64,000 bases of DNA from Mustelus asterias. Lineage: Eukaryota. The notes below the pieces were generated by a model, which was not told the origin of the DNA, searched no databases, and was given only the letters and a program-made list of their open reading frames with translations. The translations under genes were made by a program, and so were the position numbers. The stretch lies in NCBI RefSeq assembly GCF_964213995.1, contig NW_027590623.1:124001-188000 (forward strand), in the 5' to 3' direction. Numbering within the stretch: the stretch's first letter is position 1; each line of letters opens with the position of its first letter. Positions 61,436-64,000 of this stretch are shown here, piece after piece.

Positions 61436-62287
61436 TGCACCATGATCTGTTTGAATGCTGGCGCAGGATCGATGGGCCAAATGGCCTACACCTGCTCCTA
61501 TTTTCCTTTGAGATTTAAATACATTGACACACATGCACGCTGACACACACACACAGAAAGATATACACAGTGTGGACGTATTTATTGACCACTTAATGTG
61601 ACTGAATGCTACACATCCCAGTTTACCAAAGACACACAATATTCAGCAGCATTGTAAACAGCGCAGCTGGAAACATCAAATTGGGGATTTGGTTTGAAAA
61701 CGGGTCAAAGCCTCTCTTGCTAAAGGCTGTTTGTCTATATTGTGCTGACAGTGATACACTGCCATCCTCTGCTGCCTGCTGGACATTGCTCCAGCCGCAG
61801 AGAGAGTGAAGTAGATCAGAAACTCACTGGGAGAGAATGCAGCTTCACACAGTATCCATCCAAAATGACAGGAGCATCAGCAACACACACAAGCTCTGTG
61901 TGGAGACTGAGAGGGGCTCAGTGTGGAACACAAACCTTCACACTAAACCTGGAAGGACATTGATAAAGAGTTTAAAACAAAACTTCAGCAAATGTTTTGA
62001 AACATTTTGGTCCGTGGAAAAGTGCAGTGTGTAAAAAGCTGAAGATGTTTCCATTTCACATCTTCCTGCTTTGGGGAAATGGGAGTTATCTTTGCATTTA
62101 CAAGGATATGGGGAGGGAGGTGTTTGAATGGACATTCAGCTTTTTGGGTGATTAAAGTGTTAATTTGTTTCCAGAAGCTGTTTACAGTGATTGTCCCGAG
62201 AGATTGTATTGTTTCAGTGATGTCGACGTCTCCAATACTTCAGACAGAGGAAGGAAACAATATACAAAAGGAAAGATTGGGGGAATC

Positions 62288-62492
62288 ACTACATTGAAGG
62301 TGTGAGGCCTCATCACTCTCTGTCTGGTTTTGTTCTGAAATCTTTACATTTTTAAACACTGAAATCTCTTGCCCTTGTTGGGAATATCACTGCGGTTTGA
62401 GAAAAGCAAACACTGATCCCACACTAAACACCCCCCCCAACACAGGACTGAGCAGAGAGTGTGAAATGTGACTGGTGTCAGAGTGGATTGTC
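62288..62492 (+). repeat. ~205-bp direct repeat; second copy 63767-63971
   Basis: ACTACATTGAAGGTGTGAGGCCTCATCACT...GTGGATTGTC occurs twice. Confidence 0.85.
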
Positions 62493-63119
62493 AAACTGAC
62501 AGAAGGGATTTGAAAAATCTCTAAATGATTCATTGATTAAAAACTCTAACATTAATGTCCCGCATCATAAACATCTGCTTCATTATTGTATCTTTCTTTT
62601 ACAGATCAAGTGATGGGTTGAATTTTGGACGGTGTAGATTTCCCTCAGCTGATTATTAAGATTCCTGATTGACACAAATACAATATCTGCTGTCGGTGAC
62701 TCCAACAGTGAAATTCTCTCAGTTTATCATTCTGAATCTGTCACTGAGACAATTGTGGGCGGTAGTTCAGTTTTCAGTGTGAAATGTAGAAGGTAACTTT
62801 TGTTGTAATGTAATTGTAGTTAATAGTTTTCCTGTAGTTTAAATCTCAGGTATAAATTAATAACTTTTCTCGTTCCTTGTTCACAATTGTTCATTTCCCG
62901 TGATGTTGAGCTCTGGTTTTCTCTTTCTGGTGTCTGGTACAGCTGTACAGATATTGGGCAGCTCAGAGCGGGGCGGGGGGGGGGGGGGGGGTTCTGATCT
63001 CATTGTGAAGCTCAAAGGTCAGATTCACTTTTGTTAACTTTAAAATCAATTTTCCTGTCAAATATTCTCTGAATTTGTAAATAAATATTGAATGGAAAAT
63101 AAAATCTGACTTTGCCAAA

Positions 63120-63697
63120 CTCTCTTTCTGTATTTCTCTGTTGGTGTGTTTATGTGTGTGTCTCTCTGTCTCTATCTCTCTGTGTATCTGTGCGTCTCTC
63201 TGTGTATCTGTGCGTCTCTCTGTGTCTCTATCTCTCTGTGTATCTGTGTGTCTCTCTGTTTCTATCTCACTGTGTATCTGTGTGTCTCTCTGTCTCTATC
63301 TCTCTGTGTATCTGTGTGTCTCTCTGTGTCTCTATCTCTCTGTGTGTCTGTGTGTCTCTCTGTTTCTATCTCTCTGTGTATCTGTGTGTCTCTCTGTGTC
63401 TCTATCTCTCTGTGTCTCTATCTCTCTGTGTATCTGTCTCTGTATTTCTCTGTATCTGTGTCTCTCTCTGTATATTTGTATATTTCACTCTGTCTCTGTG
63501 TTTGTGTCTCTCTCTTTTCTTCTCTCTGTCTCTATTTCTCTGTATCTGTGTGTCTCTCTGTCTCTGTACTTCTCTGGATCTGTGTCTCTCTCTCTGCCTC
63601 TGTGTGTATATCTCTCTATGTATCTGTGTGTGTCTCTCTGTCTCTGCATTTCTCTGTATCTGTCTCTGTCTCTGTGTTTCTCTGTCTCTGTGTGTCT
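63120..63697. repeat. TCTG/TCTA/TGTG low-complexity repeat
   Basis: Direct inspection. Confidence 0.9.
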
Positions 63698-64000
63698 CGA
63701 TGCTAAGGGCCTAGTATTTCAGGCTCTGACCTGAACCCACAATCTCTCTGACTCTGAGCAAAGATTACTACATTGAAGGTGTGAGGCCTCATCACTTTCT
63801 GTCTGGTTTAGTTTTGTAATCTTTACATGTTTAAACACTGAAACCTCGTGCCCTTGTTGGGAATATCACTGCGGTTTGAGAAAAGCAAACACTGATCCCG
63901 CACTAAGCACCCCCCCCAACACAGGACTGAGCAGAGTGTGTGAAATGTGACTGGTGCGAATGTGGATTGTCTTTTAAAAGTGGGTAAGAAACACTTCATT

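Noticed and set aside
61600-63100. Possible small exons
   Set aside because: Scattered splice-like sites with no coherent frame or recognisable product.

Overview
Eukaryotic genomic DNA, most likely from a shark (elasmobranch V-SINEs, CR1-type LINEs, Penelope-like fragments). Positions ~1-54,150 are part of a T-cell receptor alpha/delta variable-segment cluster. I find 12 V segments with open V exons and about 7 pseudogenes or fragments, in both orientations. Most carry a 3' RSS (heptamer, 22-24 bp spacer, nonamer). No D, J or C segments are visible. An ~8 kb inverted duplication (22,597-30,480 vs 45,681-54,151) puts three V genes in both orientations. At ~54,150 the cluster abuts a C2H2 zinc-finger region: a LINE-disrupted ZNF pseudogene, a solo LTR and an intact 16-finger ZNF. 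Most notable: (1) CTCF-like motifs a fixed 22 bp downstream of several RSSs, as in mouse proximal VH genes; (2) two intronless leader+V genes that retain RSSs, one lying inside a dead V gene; (3) a tandem ETS+CRE array upstream of one V; (4) a very decayed V with a Vgamma/VH-like framework 2; (5) an orphan GPR139-like first exon; (6) Penelope-type minimal hammerhead ribozyme motifs. All coordinates and counts were made by eye, with no database searches.
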